Numbered from the stretch's first letter, positions 29,878 to 40,651 are shown. The stretch is 64,000 nt of DNA from Promethearchaeia archaeon (GCA_029856145.1 JAHQWK010000025.1:30582-94581); one strand, 5' to 3'. The notes: generated by a model from the sequence alone, not told the origin. Numbers and translations: made by a program.

Positions 29878-30840
29878 TTAAGGCCAAGAAATTGGCAGCG
29901 AAACAGTTAAATTGATGAAAATTAATGCGTATAACGTAGAAAAGGTAATTCTAAATAATAAATTAGCAGTTTCGGTCAATAATCCTTCTATATAAGCTGT
30001 ATCAATACTTACGTTAATTTCTTGATTTAAAGTTTGTGTGAATGAATGAAATGTGTTTTGATATGGAACTGGAGAACCACCTATTTTCGTATCAAAAGGA
30101 AGTAAAACAGGATCACTTGATGTTACTGTAACAATTTCAGCATTTAAAATTACATTATGAATAGCATATAATCCGTTGTTGGTTACATCAAAAGGTATCG
30201 TAATAATAAAGGAATCATCTCCATAGACTCCTGGAGTTCCTCCGTCATCATGGACAGGAGGGGGAAAAGTATCATGAAGATTTACTCTAAGATTTAACCC
30301 ACTAAAAATTATACTTCCAAAATATCCTACGATTATTAGGCTAGCAATTATTCCTAGTACTTTAAAGATTGTGCTGACTTTAAACTCTTTTTTGACCGTA
30401 ACTCGGTATTCTTTCTTTTTACGTAATTCAATAGCCTCTACTAAATACCGTATTCCTCTAATTATAGTTGCCCCTAAAAGTAACCACGCTATAACTTTTA
30501 AACCTAATAGAACCTGAATATAAGACATGTCAATATAGTACGTTCCTAAACTCGTTCCAGGATCAAAACCTCCAAATATGTAGAAAAGGAATATTCCAGA
30601 ATATACAGTTATTCCAAATAAAATAAGACGATTCGCAGGTGTATCTTCAGGGAATGCATGTCTTAACATTGAGATAACGATCCCAATAATTCCAAAAATA
30701 ATAATGGCTATTCTATATGCGTCAGTAAAAGTCATTATACCGTACAGTTCAAGAAAATAAAACAAGACAAGAGGAACAACGAGATAAAAGATAGCAGAAA
30801 GAATTCCATGTAAAATTATTTTTCCGTATTGAATTTCCAT
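29878..30840 (-). CDS. Hypothetical membrane protein with extracellular beta-rich domain
   Basis: About 5 TM helices, then a LEA/Ig-like C-terminal segment. Confidence 0.7.
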   Translation of the reverse strand: MEIQYGKIILHGILSAIFYLVVPLVLFYFLELYGIMTFTDAYRIAIIIFGIIGIVISMLRHAFPEDTPANRLILFGITVYSGIFLFYIFGGFDPGTSLGTYYIDMSYIQVLLGLKVIAWLLLGATIIRGIRYLVEAIELRKKKEYRVTVKKEFKVSTIFKVLGIIASLIIVGYFGSIIFSGLNLRVNLHDTFPPPVHDDGGTPGVYGDDSFIITIPFDVTNNGLYAIHNVILNAEIVTVTSSDPVLLPFDTKIGGSPVPYQNTFHSFTQTLNQEINVSIDTAYIEGLLTETANLLFRITFSTLYALIFINLTVSLPISWP

Positions 30841-30964
30841 AACTCTTTAACCCATTTAAAATTTGTATATTATAATTTAGATGAAATATTATCCTAAATA
30901 TCTCCTAAGTCGTATATAAATTTTCACACGATAGAGTTATTTTTTGTTAATTATTGTATTCTTA

Positions 30965-31513
30965 TCAATAATCTAAAAGATTAGTTTCAATATTCTCCCA
31001 TCCGTAAGCTTTTTCAATATATCTATTTCCTCCAATTTCAATAGATTGTTCACCGATATAATGTCCTCCCAATTTTTCATAAAATCTACAGTAGGGATTT
31101 TCTTTTAATACCCAAATAATCATACTTCTTACATTATTCCTCATAAAATATATAACTACTAATTTTACTAATTCTGTCCCTATCTTTTTGCCTTGAAAGT
31201 CTTTTAAAACATAAATGGCACATAGTTCTCCAACATATCTTTCTGGTTTGATTGAAGTTATGAATGGATTATATTTTTCTAGAGTTGCTAAAGAGAATCC
31301 TACAATTTCATGGAGATCAGTCATAGCAACATAAATTTTAGCGCCATGGGTTGGATTTTCTAATCTTTGTCTCCAATTTTCTTCTTTGTCTTTATAAGAT
31401 AATGTTTGAAGATATTCTTCTGATATTATCCCTCTATATGTTGTTTTCCAAGTATCTACTTTGACTTTAACGATTCCGCTTAAATCTGAAAAAGTAGCTT
31501 CTCTATAGTTCAT
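30965..31513 (-). CDS. GNAT family N-acetyltransferase
   Basis: AIYVLKDFQGKKIG motif A; WVLKENP..RFYEKLGG. Confidence 0.92.
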   Translation of the reverse strand: MNYREATFSDLSGIVKVKVDTWKTTYRGIISEEYLQTLSYKDKEENWRQRLENPTHGAKIYVAMTDLHEIVGFSLATLEKYNPFITSIKPERYVGELCAIYVLKDFQGKKIGTELVKLVVIYFMRNNVRSMIIWVLKENPYCRFYEKLGGHYIGEQSIEIGGNRYIEKAYGWENIETNLLDY

Positions 31514-31572
31514 TTATTCTACTCTAGATTATCTATGTTAATGAGTTAATATAAATTCGAAATATAATTTTG

Positions 31573-31663
31573 AGATGCTTGAAATCAGATCTCTGTTCCA
31601 TTATCATTGTAAAAAAGGGGTATTAATTACTCAAACCACATTAATCATCATTTTCGAACATCT
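31573..31663 (-). ncRNA. Box C/D guide sRNA
   Basis: Minus strand: box C AUGAUGA (31651-31645), 10-nt guide, D' UUGA (31634-31631), C' AUGAUAA (31607-31601), 12-nt guide UGGAACAGAGAU, box D CUGA (31588-31585); terminal stem AGAUGUUCGAAA/UUUCAAGCAUCU (12 positions, 1 mismatch, 1 G-U). Confidence 0.7.
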
Positions 31664-31817
31664 AATTAATATAAATATTTTGAATAAAGATAAAACTTTC
31701 ATTAAAATTATATTTAAAAATTAAAAAACAAAAAGCCTATTTGAATTAATAATACCTTATTTACATCCAAAAACAATAATAAAATTTGATAGGTGAAATA
31801 TAATATTCGTCAAAATA

Positions 31818-32354
31818 GTGAAGCTATTTGAAATGAAGGTCGTATCTTTCCATTCTTGGGGTGAATTCATCGGGGATCCTGAGATTAAAACACTTCAAAA
31901 ATTAGAAGAATGGATAATAAAAAGGAGTCTATCGATTGATCCTTCAAGACATCAAATATTTGGATTTGATAATCCAGTTCCACAAGGTAATGAGAAAGGA
32001 GAACAATTTGCTTCCAAAGAAAATCCTTATGGATATGAAGTATGGATTACTATCCCAGAAGATTATAAGATCGAAGAAGATCTAAAAATAAAGAAGGTTG
32101 AGTCAGGATTATATGCAGTTGTTTCTGTAAAAAGCGTTATGGATATAGGCTATGGTTGGAAAAACATATTCGATTGGATAAAGAACTGTGAAAAATATGA
32201 TTTCCATCCAAAATGGAAAGGAATAACAAAATATTATGAAAAAGAAACGATTGAACATGGTAAAATTGGACTTGAACACCATATCAATTATCCTGAGAAA
32301 GAAATAGATAAAATGCTTATGGAAATATATGCCCCAATAATTGAAAAAAAATAA
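31818..32354 (+). CDS. GyrI-like small-molecule effector-binding protein
   Basis: FGFDNP...YGYEVWITIP...GLYAV...W..I..WI pattern. Confidence 0.8.
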   Translation: MKLFEMKVVSFHSWGEFIGDPEIKTLQKLEEWIIKRSLSIDPSRHQIFGFDNPVPQGNEKGEQFASKENPYGYEVWITIPEDYKIEEDLKIKKVESGLYAVVSVKSVMDIGYGWKNIFDWIKNCEKYDFHPKWKGITKYYEKETIEHGKIGLEHHINYPEKEIDKMLMEIYAPIIEKK

Positions 32355-32565
32355 AGCTAAATATTGTGAAATGCTTGAAGATAGTCTTAGGATTACTATC
32401 TCCAAAATTAATTATTTCTTCGTGAAACCCGTCTTTCACGATTAATCATATCATGGAATTATTCTCACCATAAGATGTAGTGTTACCGAATTAAATCAAA
32501 ATTTTTAAAAAGAACCTTTAAATTATAAAACTAAATATTAATTAAACATAAAGAAATCATAAAAT

Positions 32566-33171
32566 ATGCCACCATCTAAAAAAAAAGCAATATACATTAT
32601 TGTACCAACCGTATGTTTATATATCCTTGTTTTGGTTTTATTCCTCTTAACCCCATTTGGAACTGCCTATGACTTTTTTATAAGATTTGGTGCGTTATTT
32701 GGATTTACATCTATGTTTGTAGCAACTATGATGACTCCTTTTGCTGTTCAATTATACAAAATTTTTGGGAAACCATTTGTTAAAATACATCACATTTATT
32801 CAATTACAGGTTTATTATTAATTACTCTCCATCCAGTAGTTTTTGCAATTTCAGTGTTTGATATTACTGTTTTTATACCAGATTTTACTTCATGGATCGA
32901 TTTTTGGCGGTTAGGGGGTCGTTTAGCCCTCATTTTGATCTATCTTGCAGTGATCGGAGCACTTTTAAGAAAGAAATTAACAAAATATTGGAGAATTCTT
33001 CACATTTTAAATTATGCTGCACTATTCTTAGCTTACGTTCATGGAGTGCTTATAGGAACAGATTTCCAAAATATAGGGATTTTAATTATCTTTTCATGCA
33101 TGATAATCGTTAGTTTTGGCATTCTAGCATTCAAAAGATATATCAGTTTTAAAAGGAAGAAAAAGGATTAA
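32566..33171 (+). CDS. Ferric reductase-like transmembrane (heme b) protein
   Basis: About 6 TM; His pattern KIHH...LHP and WRILH...VHG. Confidence 0.8.
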   Translation: MPPSKKKAIYIIVPTVCLYILVLVLFLLTPFGTAYDFFIRFGALFGFTSMFVATMMTPFAVQLYKIFGKPFVKIHHIYSITGLLLITLHPVVFAISVFDITVFIPDFTSWIDFWRLGGRLALILIYLAVIGALLRKKLTKYWRILHILNYAALFLAYVHGVLIGTDFQNIGILIIFSCMIIVSFGILAFKRYISFKRKKKD

Positions 33172-33210
33172 AGATTTTGAAATTTATTTTTTTTTTAAGT
33201 TGATGAGAAA

Positions 33211-33594
33211 TTATTCACCCGTAGTTACTTTTCCTTGAAAAGAGGAAAACTGATTAAATATGGATTTAGCATCGCCTTCAATTTTAGCAAAAACGTTCAC
33301 GGGACTTGCAGCAACAGGTTTATTGCCAGAACTCGCGGGAGTTGGACCCCATAAAATACAGAATCCTTGACCACTAATCCAATAACCGACATCTCCACTA
33401 TCGCATTCCGTCTGAGAGTTTTCTGCAGGAATTGAGACAGGACAATCGCCATACAATTCTTCACCCCATCTTGATAAATTCACTTCAAAAGGAAGAGAAT
33501 CCCAAATTGCCTGGCAAGTTTTAGGATTTTTGTCTATTAACAATTTAGCTTTTACCTCTCCGATTTTTTCATTTTCAATTATTATATATTTCAT
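33211..33594 (-). CDS. Cyclophilin-like fold protein (DUF369 type)
   Basis: RWGEELY, GDVGYW..G..FCI.WGPTP, ASPVNVF. Confidence 0.85.
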   Translation of the reverse strand: MKYIIIENEKIGEVKAKLLIDKNPKTCQAIWDSLPFEVNLSRWGEELYGDCPVSIPAENSQTECDSGDVGYWISGQGFCILWGPTPASSGNKPVAASPVNVFAKIEGDAKSIFNQFSSFQGKVTTGE

Positions 33595-33752
33595 GGTACT
33601 ACATCAAAAATTAGGGTTTTAACAATATATAATAATCGTTAATATTTAAACAGAATAAATAGAACAATACAAATAAAACTAGAAAACCAAATATAATTTT
33701 AATAAACAATAATATTTATAGGCATAATAAAAAAGTGAAAGAGTTTTAGAAT

Positions 33753-34196
33753 ATGACACAAAATAATGTTGACAAATTACCGCTAAATCCAATTGAAGCT
33801 CAAGGTTTATTGATTAAAGCTGTGTATAAAAAGTTTGGAGTAGAAGTATTGCCTATTATAAAGAATGTTTGTGGGAAGCAAGGAAAGGCATTGGGTCTAA
33901 AAGTTAAAAAAAAAAATCCGAATAACAATTTGACTACTGTCGCTAAAGCATTTTCAAAAAGTTTTAACCCAAATTTCGTTAAAGTAATTTCTATCTCGGA
34001 TGAAAAATTCCAGATTCATGGCACTAAGTGTCCTTTTGGTCTTGAAAATACCTCTAGAGAATTATGTGAAGCCGTTATGGCCATTGACCATGAATATTTT
34101 CGTGAAGCAGTTAGTGATAAGATCGAACTCAAGATTCTCAAAACTGTCGCGGGGGGAGACCCTTATTGTGATACTGTTTACGAAATAATGAGATAA
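33753..34196 (+). CDS. V4R/ATC-hydrolase-like small ligand-binding domain protein
   Basis: KCPF...LC...D and 'KTVAGGDPYC' motifs. Confidence 0.65.
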   Translation: MTQNNVDKLPLNPIEAQGLLIKAVYKKFGVEVLPIIKNVCGKQGKALGLKVKKKNPNNNLTTVAKAFSKSFNPNFVKVISISDEKFQIHGTKCPFGLENTSRELCEAVMAIDHEYFREAVSDKIELKILKTVAGGDPYCDTVYEIMR

Positions 34197-34222
34197 TCAT
34201 ATTCCTAAGAATATTATCAACT

Positions 34223-35035
34223 ATGATTTTAGAAAAAACTATCGCCTTAATTAAACAAATTTATAAAATCCATAAGATTGTTCCGCCTAAAGCTACAAAA
34301 GTTGTGATCGGCTTAGGTTATACAGGTGTAGAAGTTTCTGCTTATGCTTATGAACCATTTTTAGGATTAGCATCAACTTTACCTAGCATTATTAAAGCTA
34401 CTAGTTGCAATAAAATTACTTTTGCCGGAGAGCTTACTAATAAGCCCCTTAGTGAATTATTGGACTGGTCCCTTAAAACGCCGAGTTTAGAAAGAATTAT
34501 TGGAATTGCTACTCTGAATAGTGTATCCCAACATATCTTAAAAATAATTAACCCTTATAAGAAACTTGATGGAAATGTATTAGAACACTTGAATATCAAT
34601 AATGATACAAAAATAACGTTCATAGGTTTAATTAAACCACTGATAAAAGAAGTAAGTAAAATAACTCAATTGATAACAATTGTGGAAGATACTCTCTCAT
34701 CTCCATTAGAGTTTAATCAACTCGACTTTAAGCAAAATTTAAATGAACTGAAAGAAGATGAAATATTTACGGATATTTTATTTTGTACTGGAACTGCTTT
34801 AATAAATAATACTCTTGAATCTATCTTAGAAAAATATAGAAGAAAAGCTCGAAAAATAATTTTAATTGGCCCAACTGCTAGTATGATCCCTGATATTCTA
34901 TTTGATTATGGTATAGATATAATTGGAGGAATTGAAATCTTTAATTCAGAAGCCACGATACAAATTTTGCAAGAAGGAGGGGGGACTAAGTTATTTAAAA
35001 AATATGGAAAAAAGTATAATCTGATGAAGGAATGA
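34223..35035 (+). CDS. DUF364 Rossmann-like domain protein
   Basis: IGIATLN, TGTALINNTLE.IL, LIGPTASMIPD.LF. Confidence 0.85.
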   Translation: MILEKTIALIKQIYKIHKIVPPKATKVVIGLGYTGVEVSAYAYEPFLGLASTLPSIIKATSCNKITFAGELTNKPLSELLDWSLKTPSLERIIGIATLNSVSQHILKIINPYKKLDGNVLEHLNINNDTKITFIGLIKPLIKEVSKITQLITIVEDTLSSPLEFNQLDFKQNLNELKEDEIFTDILFCTGTALINNTLESILEKYRRKARKIILIGPTASMIPDILFDYGIDIIGGIEIFNSEATIQILQEGGGTKLFKKYGKKYNLMKE

Positions 35036-35102
35036 AATCATATAAATTCTTGAAATTCTATAAGATTTTTATAAAAAAGATTCATTGTTTAATTCCTATA
35101 AA

Positions 35103-35633
35103 ATGGCAGAATTATCATTCAAAGTCATTGTCATAGGACCTGCAGCAGTAGGTAAATCCAGTCTTATCCGAAGATTTGTAGATGATAAATTCACTCTTGC
35201 CTATAAATTTACTATTGGTGTAGATTTCTCAACTAAAATCATAGAATATAGGTCTGAAAAGAAAGCAAGAGTAACTATTTGGGATATTGGGGGTCAAGAT
35301 CGCTTTAAAATACTACGTCGTAATTTTTATGAAGGTACCCATGGTGCATTGGTGGTATTTGATCTTTCAAGAGCCCAAACATTTTCAAAAATGAAAGAAT
35401 GGATCTCTGATATGAATCAGTTGCTTGAAGAAAAAGTTCCACTCGTAATTCTTGGAAATAAAATCGATTTAATTCCTGAAATAGGTGAAGTAATCGATAA
35501 AGAAGAACCAAAACTATTTGCTGATAAGATAGATAGTACATATATAGAGACATCAGCTAAATCAGGTGATAATGTACAAGAAGCATTTGTTGAACTTACT
35601 AAAAAAATAGTAAAGAATACTTTTAATGAATGA
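35103..35633 (+). CDS. Rab-like small GTPase (paralogue 1)
   Basis: GPAAVGKS, TIGVDF, WDIGGQDRF, GNKID, ETSAK; ATG 35103 preferred to TTG 35085. Confidence 0.95.
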   Translation: MAELSFKVIVIGPAAVGKSSLIRRFVDDKFTLAYKFTIGVDFSTKIIEYRSEKKARVTIWDIGGQDRFKILRRNFYEGTHGALVVFDLSRAQTFSKMKEWISDMNQLLEEKVPLVILGNKIDLIPEIGEVIDKEEPKLFADKIDSTYIETSAKSGDNVQEAFVELTKKIVKNTFNE

Positions 35634-35842
35634 TTTCCATCTGGATTCTTTGATTTTGATGGAATAAAAAAGAGTTTCTATCTTTGCTTAAAACTCATAT
35701 ATAAATTAGGATAAACGGAGGATTTAATTTATTTATAAAGTTTGTTATAAACTACCATTTAATTAGGAATTATATCATTCAATTAATATAAAATTAGTAA
35801 AGAGTATTTTTTAGATAAAAATAGTAAGCTTGACTTCCATTT

Positions 35843-36373
35843 ATGTTTGAATATTTATTAAAAATAATAGTGATAGGGCCTGGTGGTGTTGGAAAGTCTT
35901 CTCTCATTCGTAGGTTTGTTGAGAATGAATTCTCTTTTAATTATAAATTCACAATTGGGGTAGAAATCAATTCTAAATTGGTAGAATATAAGAAAGGGTT
36001 ATTTACTCAACTCACAATTTGGGATATAGGGGGACAAGATCGCTTTAAAATATTACGTCGAAATTTTTATGAAGGTACATATGGGGCATTAGTGGTTTTT
36101 GATCTTTCGAGAGCTCAAACTTTTCCAAAAATGAAAGAATGGGTATCTGATATGAACCAGATACTTGAAAGAAAAGTTCCACTTGTAATTTTGGGGAACA
36201 AATCCGATTTAATTCCCAAAATGGGTGAATCATTAAATCAAGATGAACTTTATCATTTTGCTGAGAATTTAAACAGTGTTTATCTTGAAACATCAGCAAA
36301 AACAGGAGATCATGTTCAAGAAGCATTTGCTCAACTCACTAAAATGATTATAAAAAATACATTTGGTGAATGA
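35843..36373 (+). CDS. Rab-like small GTPase (paralogue 2)
   Basis: GPGGVGKS, TIGVE, WDIGGQDRF, GNKSD, ETSAK. Confidence 0.95.
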   Translation: MFEYLLKIIVIGPGGVGKSSLIRRFVENEFSFNYKFTIGVEINSKLVEYKKGLFTQLTIWDIGGQDRFKILRRNFYEGTYGALVVFDLSRAQTFPKMKEWVSDMNQILERKVPLVILGNKSDLIPKMGESLNQDELYHFAENLNSVYLETSAKTGDHVQEAFAQLTKMIIKNTFGE

Positions 36374-36502
36374 GTACTTTCTCGAATTTTGAGTTTTGTC
36401 GAACATAAAAATAATATCTATTTAAACTCAATGTTTTGGAAAATCTTTTAATATCAGATTAAGATTATTTATTAGAATTGTAATTTAGGTTCTATATTTA
36501 TC

Positions 36503-37033
36503 ATGGCACTCTATGTATTTAAGGTTATAATAATTGGACCTGGCGCTGTCGGAAAAACATCATTATTACACAGGTTTGTTGAGAATAAATTCTCTTTTCG
36601 ATACAAGTTGACCATAGGAGCAGATTTCCTTTCAAAAATTATTGACTACAATGAAGATTCAATAGTAAAATTACAGATTTGGGATATTGGGGGTCAAGAT
36701 AGATATAAATTTTTAAGATCAAGCTTTTTTGATGGAGCTAATGGGGCATTAATAGTTTTTGATCTTTCACGATGGCATACATTTGAAGAACTTGACGATT
36801 GGGTATCAGACTTACGAGAATATGCCGGCGAGAAAATTCCTTTTGCACTAATTGGAAATAAAGTGGATTTAATCGACAAAAGAGATGAGCTCTATGAGCG
36901 AGAGAGTGCTGAAGTATTTGCTAAAAAGGACCAAACTTTCTATGTTGAAACATCTGCGAAAACAGGTGAAAAGGTAGGAGAAGCTTTCTTAAACCTAACA
37001 GAAAGAATGTTGAAAAATGTGGATTCCAAGTAA
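36503..37033 (+). CDS. Rab-like small GTPase (paralogue 3)
   Basis: GPGAVGKT, TIGADF, KLQIWDIGGQDRY, GNKVD, ETSAK. Confidence 0.95.
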   Translation: MALYVFKVIIIGPGAVGKTSLLHRFVENKFSFRYKLTIGADFLSKIIDYNEDSIVKLQIWDIGGQDRYKFLRSSFFDGANGALIVFDLSRWHTFEELDDWVSDLREYAGEKIPFALIGNKVDLIDKRDELYERESAEVFAKKDQTFYVETSAKTGEKVGEAFLNLTERMLKNVDSK

Positions 37034-37042
37034 TATGTCTTA

Positions 37043-40000
37043 CTAATCTACGAATTTTAGTAAAGCAAATGAAATAAGATTGGTATAAAATTTTGATTTA
37101 TTTCTTCTAATCATTTCATTTTTGAGATCTTCATAGTCAAATAATAAACCATCCAATTTCTTTTTAGTTGATTTTATGTCTTTGTTAATAAATTTAATCT
37201 CTTCTTCCAATTTTTTAATATAACCTAATCTTTCTTTTTTTTTTTCTGTATCTGTTATTCTTTCTATATTTTGGAGTTGACGTGTTGTGGGTCTTTTGTT
37301 TTCCTTTTGTTCTAATGTTTTTGTTAACGATTCAAGTTTAAGATTTAGAGTTCTTCTCTTATGCGAGTATATTTTTTCTTTTTTTTTTTTTTCTTTATTA
37401 AAAATATTATTATTTAGAATTTTAATTTCTCTCTTCCATATAGATGTTTTCAATTTAACAATTTTTTTCGCATTTCCCTGAAGATTATTGATAGTATTAT
37501 AATTTATATCAATTTTCTCTCTCTCATCATTAAATAGGAATATTTCACTGAAATTTTTAATATCTAATATAATATCAGCAAATCCATTAATTTCATTTCC
37601 AATTTTATCAACTACAATAGCAGAGATTTGATTTTCAATTATATAACCTTGAAATTTTACTGAAAAGATAAAAAGATATAATTCTTTTTCTTGAATTAAT
37701 TTCAAATCATAATCTCTTTCTAAAGTCCCCCTTTTTAAATTTAATACACTAAAATTTCCTTTAAAATCATCACTTATGCAATAATCCAAAATATTATCAA
37801 TTAATGGATGACCTAGAGCAAAAAAATCAATTTCTTCTTTATTCCTGGCAAGATCTAAATTGAATGTTCCATAATATTCACTTAGGAATTTATATTTAGG
37901 ATTTTTTAGTAAGAAATTATTTAATATAATTTTTGATTTGATATTAAATCCATCTATAATTTCAAAAGAAACATCTTGAACATCTTTAAAAACGCCATAA
38001 ATCTGATTATTAAGATTAAAGAATTGTTTTATTAGCAAATATAACTCATTATGAGTAAGTTTTATATCAATACACGATGCTAAGGAGCTGATTAAGCCTT
38101 CCATCTGAAAGGATTTCTTGTCAATCATTAAATCATCTAATTGTATCTCTATCTCTTTCGCTTTTCTTATTTCCTCATCAAGTGTGCGGTAAAACTCATT
38201 TAATTTCCTTCGCTTTTTTGGATCTTCCTCAGCAAATATTACATTTTTGAAGTCCTTTTCAATTCTGCCTATGATTGGTTCTAAAATCCCAATAGATTCT
38301 TCAAACAAATTAATTCGTTTTAATAAAGCATGAATCACGTCAGTTTCAACAGTTCCTTCCATAAAGAAATTGTAAATATAAATTTGTCGTGATTCTTGTC
38401 CAATTCTATCTAACCTGCCAATTCGTTGTTCAAGTTTCATAGGGTTCCATGGTAAATCATAATTAATAAGAATGCGGCAAAATTGAAAGTTTCGACCCTC
38501 ACCACCAATTTCTGTAGAAATCAAGATTGAAAACTTCTTGTTATTTCTAAATTTCTCAACTGCATCATCTTTCTGATTTATATCTAATCCTCCATAAAAT
38601 AGTTCAACACTAAATTGCGGATTATGATTCTCTATTAATGATTTTAGATGTTTTAATGTATCAACAAATTGAGTAAAAATTATTATCTTTTCCTTTGTAT
38701 TTTGGAAATAAATTTTATCTAATAATTCCAATAGTTTATCTGATTTAGAATCGTATGGAAGGGATTTTAGTTTATTATAAAATTCTTTTAAAATTCTCTC
38801 TTGATTGAGAAGATCTATTGTTTCATCTTCCTTTTCTTTGATTGTTTTACTATTGAAAATATCAATTAATTCAGAATCAAGATATTGATCCTCTAACTCT
38901 GATTCATAAAATTCAGGATTTTCTTCTTTTATTATAGCCGTATCAAGAAAAATATTTTTATAACGATTAATTTGTTCTAATCTTCTTTCAAGACTCCTTA
39001 AAAATGCATATTTTGAACTAGTTAAAAGTTTCTGTAAAGTTGTAATAACAAAACCAATCCCAGCATTTTCTTTACTTATAGAAGAATTATAAATTTTAGC
39101 AAGATACAGACGAATTTCATTATATACTTTTAATTCTTGTTTAGTAGGATCAACTATAATCGTATTTACTATCCTTTTATTTAAAAGATCACCAGTAAAT
39201 ACATTTTTCTTGCGATTTCTAATCAAAAATTTGGATAATGTATGGTCCTCTTCAATTTTTCTTAACAAATCTATTTTAAAAGAATTATCTTTAAGTTCAG
39301 TAGAAATTTGGTTAACATTTTTTTTCGTGTCTATGTATTTAAGATCCTTTAGGAGTTTTATTGTGTTTTTTACTTCAAAATTGTTTAATTTCTCAATATT
39401 ATTCAAGTTTGTAATTAATAAATTGATAAATGGCATATTTTTTCTAAAATGTTCAAAATCACTAAAATTATCAAAAGTTTCAGGTTGAATGAGCTCAATT
39501 AGAGAAAATAATTCAAAAGAATGAAGTTGTAGAGGTGTAGCAGTTAATAAGAGTAAACTTTCTGAATTAAAAATTAAATTCTTTGCTAACTCATAATTAA
39601 GAGTTTCTCGGTAATTCCCGGTTGTAGCATTAATAATGTATCTTCTTAAATGGTGTGCTTCATCAAAAATTACGATATCCCATGATATGCTTGATAATAA
39701 TTTAATATATCTCTTATTTCTGGCAAATTGAAGAGAACAAATAATTAAGTTATTATAATAGAAAGGATTTTGGAGAATCTCCGGATGTTTATAGCTTCCT
39801 GTACGTTTTAGCTCTTTAACTTTTTTACCATCATATACAGTAAAATTGATATTAAACTTATTTTGCATTTCAAATTGCCATTGCTTAACTAAAGATGCTG
39901 GGACTATAATTAAAATACGTTCTGCTAAATCCCTTGCCATCATCTCCTTGATATAAATACCTGCTTCAATAGTTTTTCCAAGACCGACTTCATCTGCCAA

Positions 40001-40651
40001 AATAATTCTTGGAAACTGTTCCTCAGATAAACGATGAGTTACATTTATCTGGTGTGGCATTAAAGTTAAGCGTGAATTTGTAATGCATTTGATTTGATAT
40101 GATTTATAATAAGAATAGAAAAGATTTGCCCAATATTTAATCAAGAAATTCTTAGGAGGATCAATTACCTGGTTTGAAATCAGAGTTTTTATTGGAGTTT
40201 CATATTTAGAATAAATTTCATTTTCATAAATTTGAGATTTTTTACCATTTTCCATTAAAAATTCATAGGAAATTATTCCATCCTTAATCAGGAATTCTTT
40301 TTTATTTATATAACCAATTCCTTGTTTAGTAACTATTTTATCCTCTTCTTGAAAAATAAAATGGACTAGATCAATTGGATGGATTATTTTTATTATGTTG
40401 TTTTTAAATAAGACTTTATATTTAGTAGAAAAATGAGTATCATTATCATCTAAAGATTTTGAAGTGGGGATTTCTAACTTTTTTATTACCCTTCCAGTCC
40501 CTAAATCTGGATTTAACCTATATATAACTAGATTACTTAAGTTAAACTTTTGTCCTTGACAATATATATTAAAACATTTAGAAAATCTTGATTCTAATTC
40601 TTTTCCGCAGAATGGGCAGTTATACTTAAGAGGATTTATCTTTAAAACCAT
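37043..40651 (-). CDS. SNF2-family helicase, RapA/HepA-like, with N-terminal Zn finger
   Basis: LMPHQ, ILADEVGLGKT, DEAHH, LLLTATP, GGEGRNFQF, DLPWNP.KLEQRIGRLDRIGQ; N-terminal CPFC..C....C. Confidence 0.9.
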   Translation of the reverse strand: MVLKINPLKYNCPFCGKELESRFSKCFNIYCQGQKFNLSNLVIYRLNPDLGTGRVIKKLEIPTSKSLDDNDTHFSTKYKVLFKNNIIKIIHPIDLVHFIFQEEDKIVTKQGIGYINKKEFLIKDGIISYEFLMENGKKSQIYENEIYSKYETPIKTLISNQVIDPPKNFLIKYWANLFYSYYKSYQIKCITNSRLTLMPHQINVTHRLSEEQFPRIILADEVGLGKTIEAGIYIKEMMARDLAERILIIVPASLVKQWQFEMQNKFNINFTVYDGKKVKELKRTGSYKHPEILQNPFYYNNLIICSLQFARNKRYIKLLSSISWDIVIFDEAHHLRRYIINATTGNYRETLNYELAKNLIFNSESLLLLTATPLQLHSFELFSLIELIQPETFDNFSDFEHFRKNMPFINLLITNLNNIEKLNNFEVKNTIKLLKDLKYIDTKKNVNQISTELKDNSFKIDLLRKIEEDHTLSKFLIRNRKKNVFTGDLLNKRIVNTIIVDPTKQELKVYNEIRLYLAKIYNSSISKENAGIGFVITTLQKLLTSSKYAFLRSLERRLEQINRYKNIFLDTAIIKEENPEFYESELEDQYLDSELIDIFNSKTIKEKEDETIDLLNQERILKEFYNKLKSLPYDSKSDKLLELLDKIYFQNTKEKIIIFTQFVDTLKHLKSLIENHNPQFSVELFYGGLDINQKDDAVEKFRNNKKFSILISTEIGGEGRNFQFCRILINYDLPWNPMKLEQRIGRLDRIGQESRQIYIYNFFMEGTVETDVIHALLKRINLFEESIGILEPIIGRIEKDFKNVIFAEEDPKKRRKLNEFYRTLDEEIRKAKEIEIQLDDLMIDKKSFQMEGLISSLASCIDIKLTHNELYLLIKQFFNLNNQIYGVFKDVQDVSFEIIDGFNIKSKIILNNFLLKNPKYKFLSEYYGTFNLDLARNKEEIDFFALGHPLIDNILDYCISDDFKGNFSVLNLKRGTLERDYDLKLIQEKELYLFIFSVKFQGYIIENQISAIVVDKIGNEINGFADIILDIKNFSEIFLFNDEREKIDINYNTINNLQGNAKKIVKLKTSIWKREIKILNNNIFNKEKKKKEKIYSHKRRTLNLKLESLTKTLEQKENKRPTTRQLQNIERITDTEKKKERLGYIKKLEEEIKFINKDIKSTKKKLDGLLFDYEDLKNEMIRRNKSKFYTNLISFALLKFVD

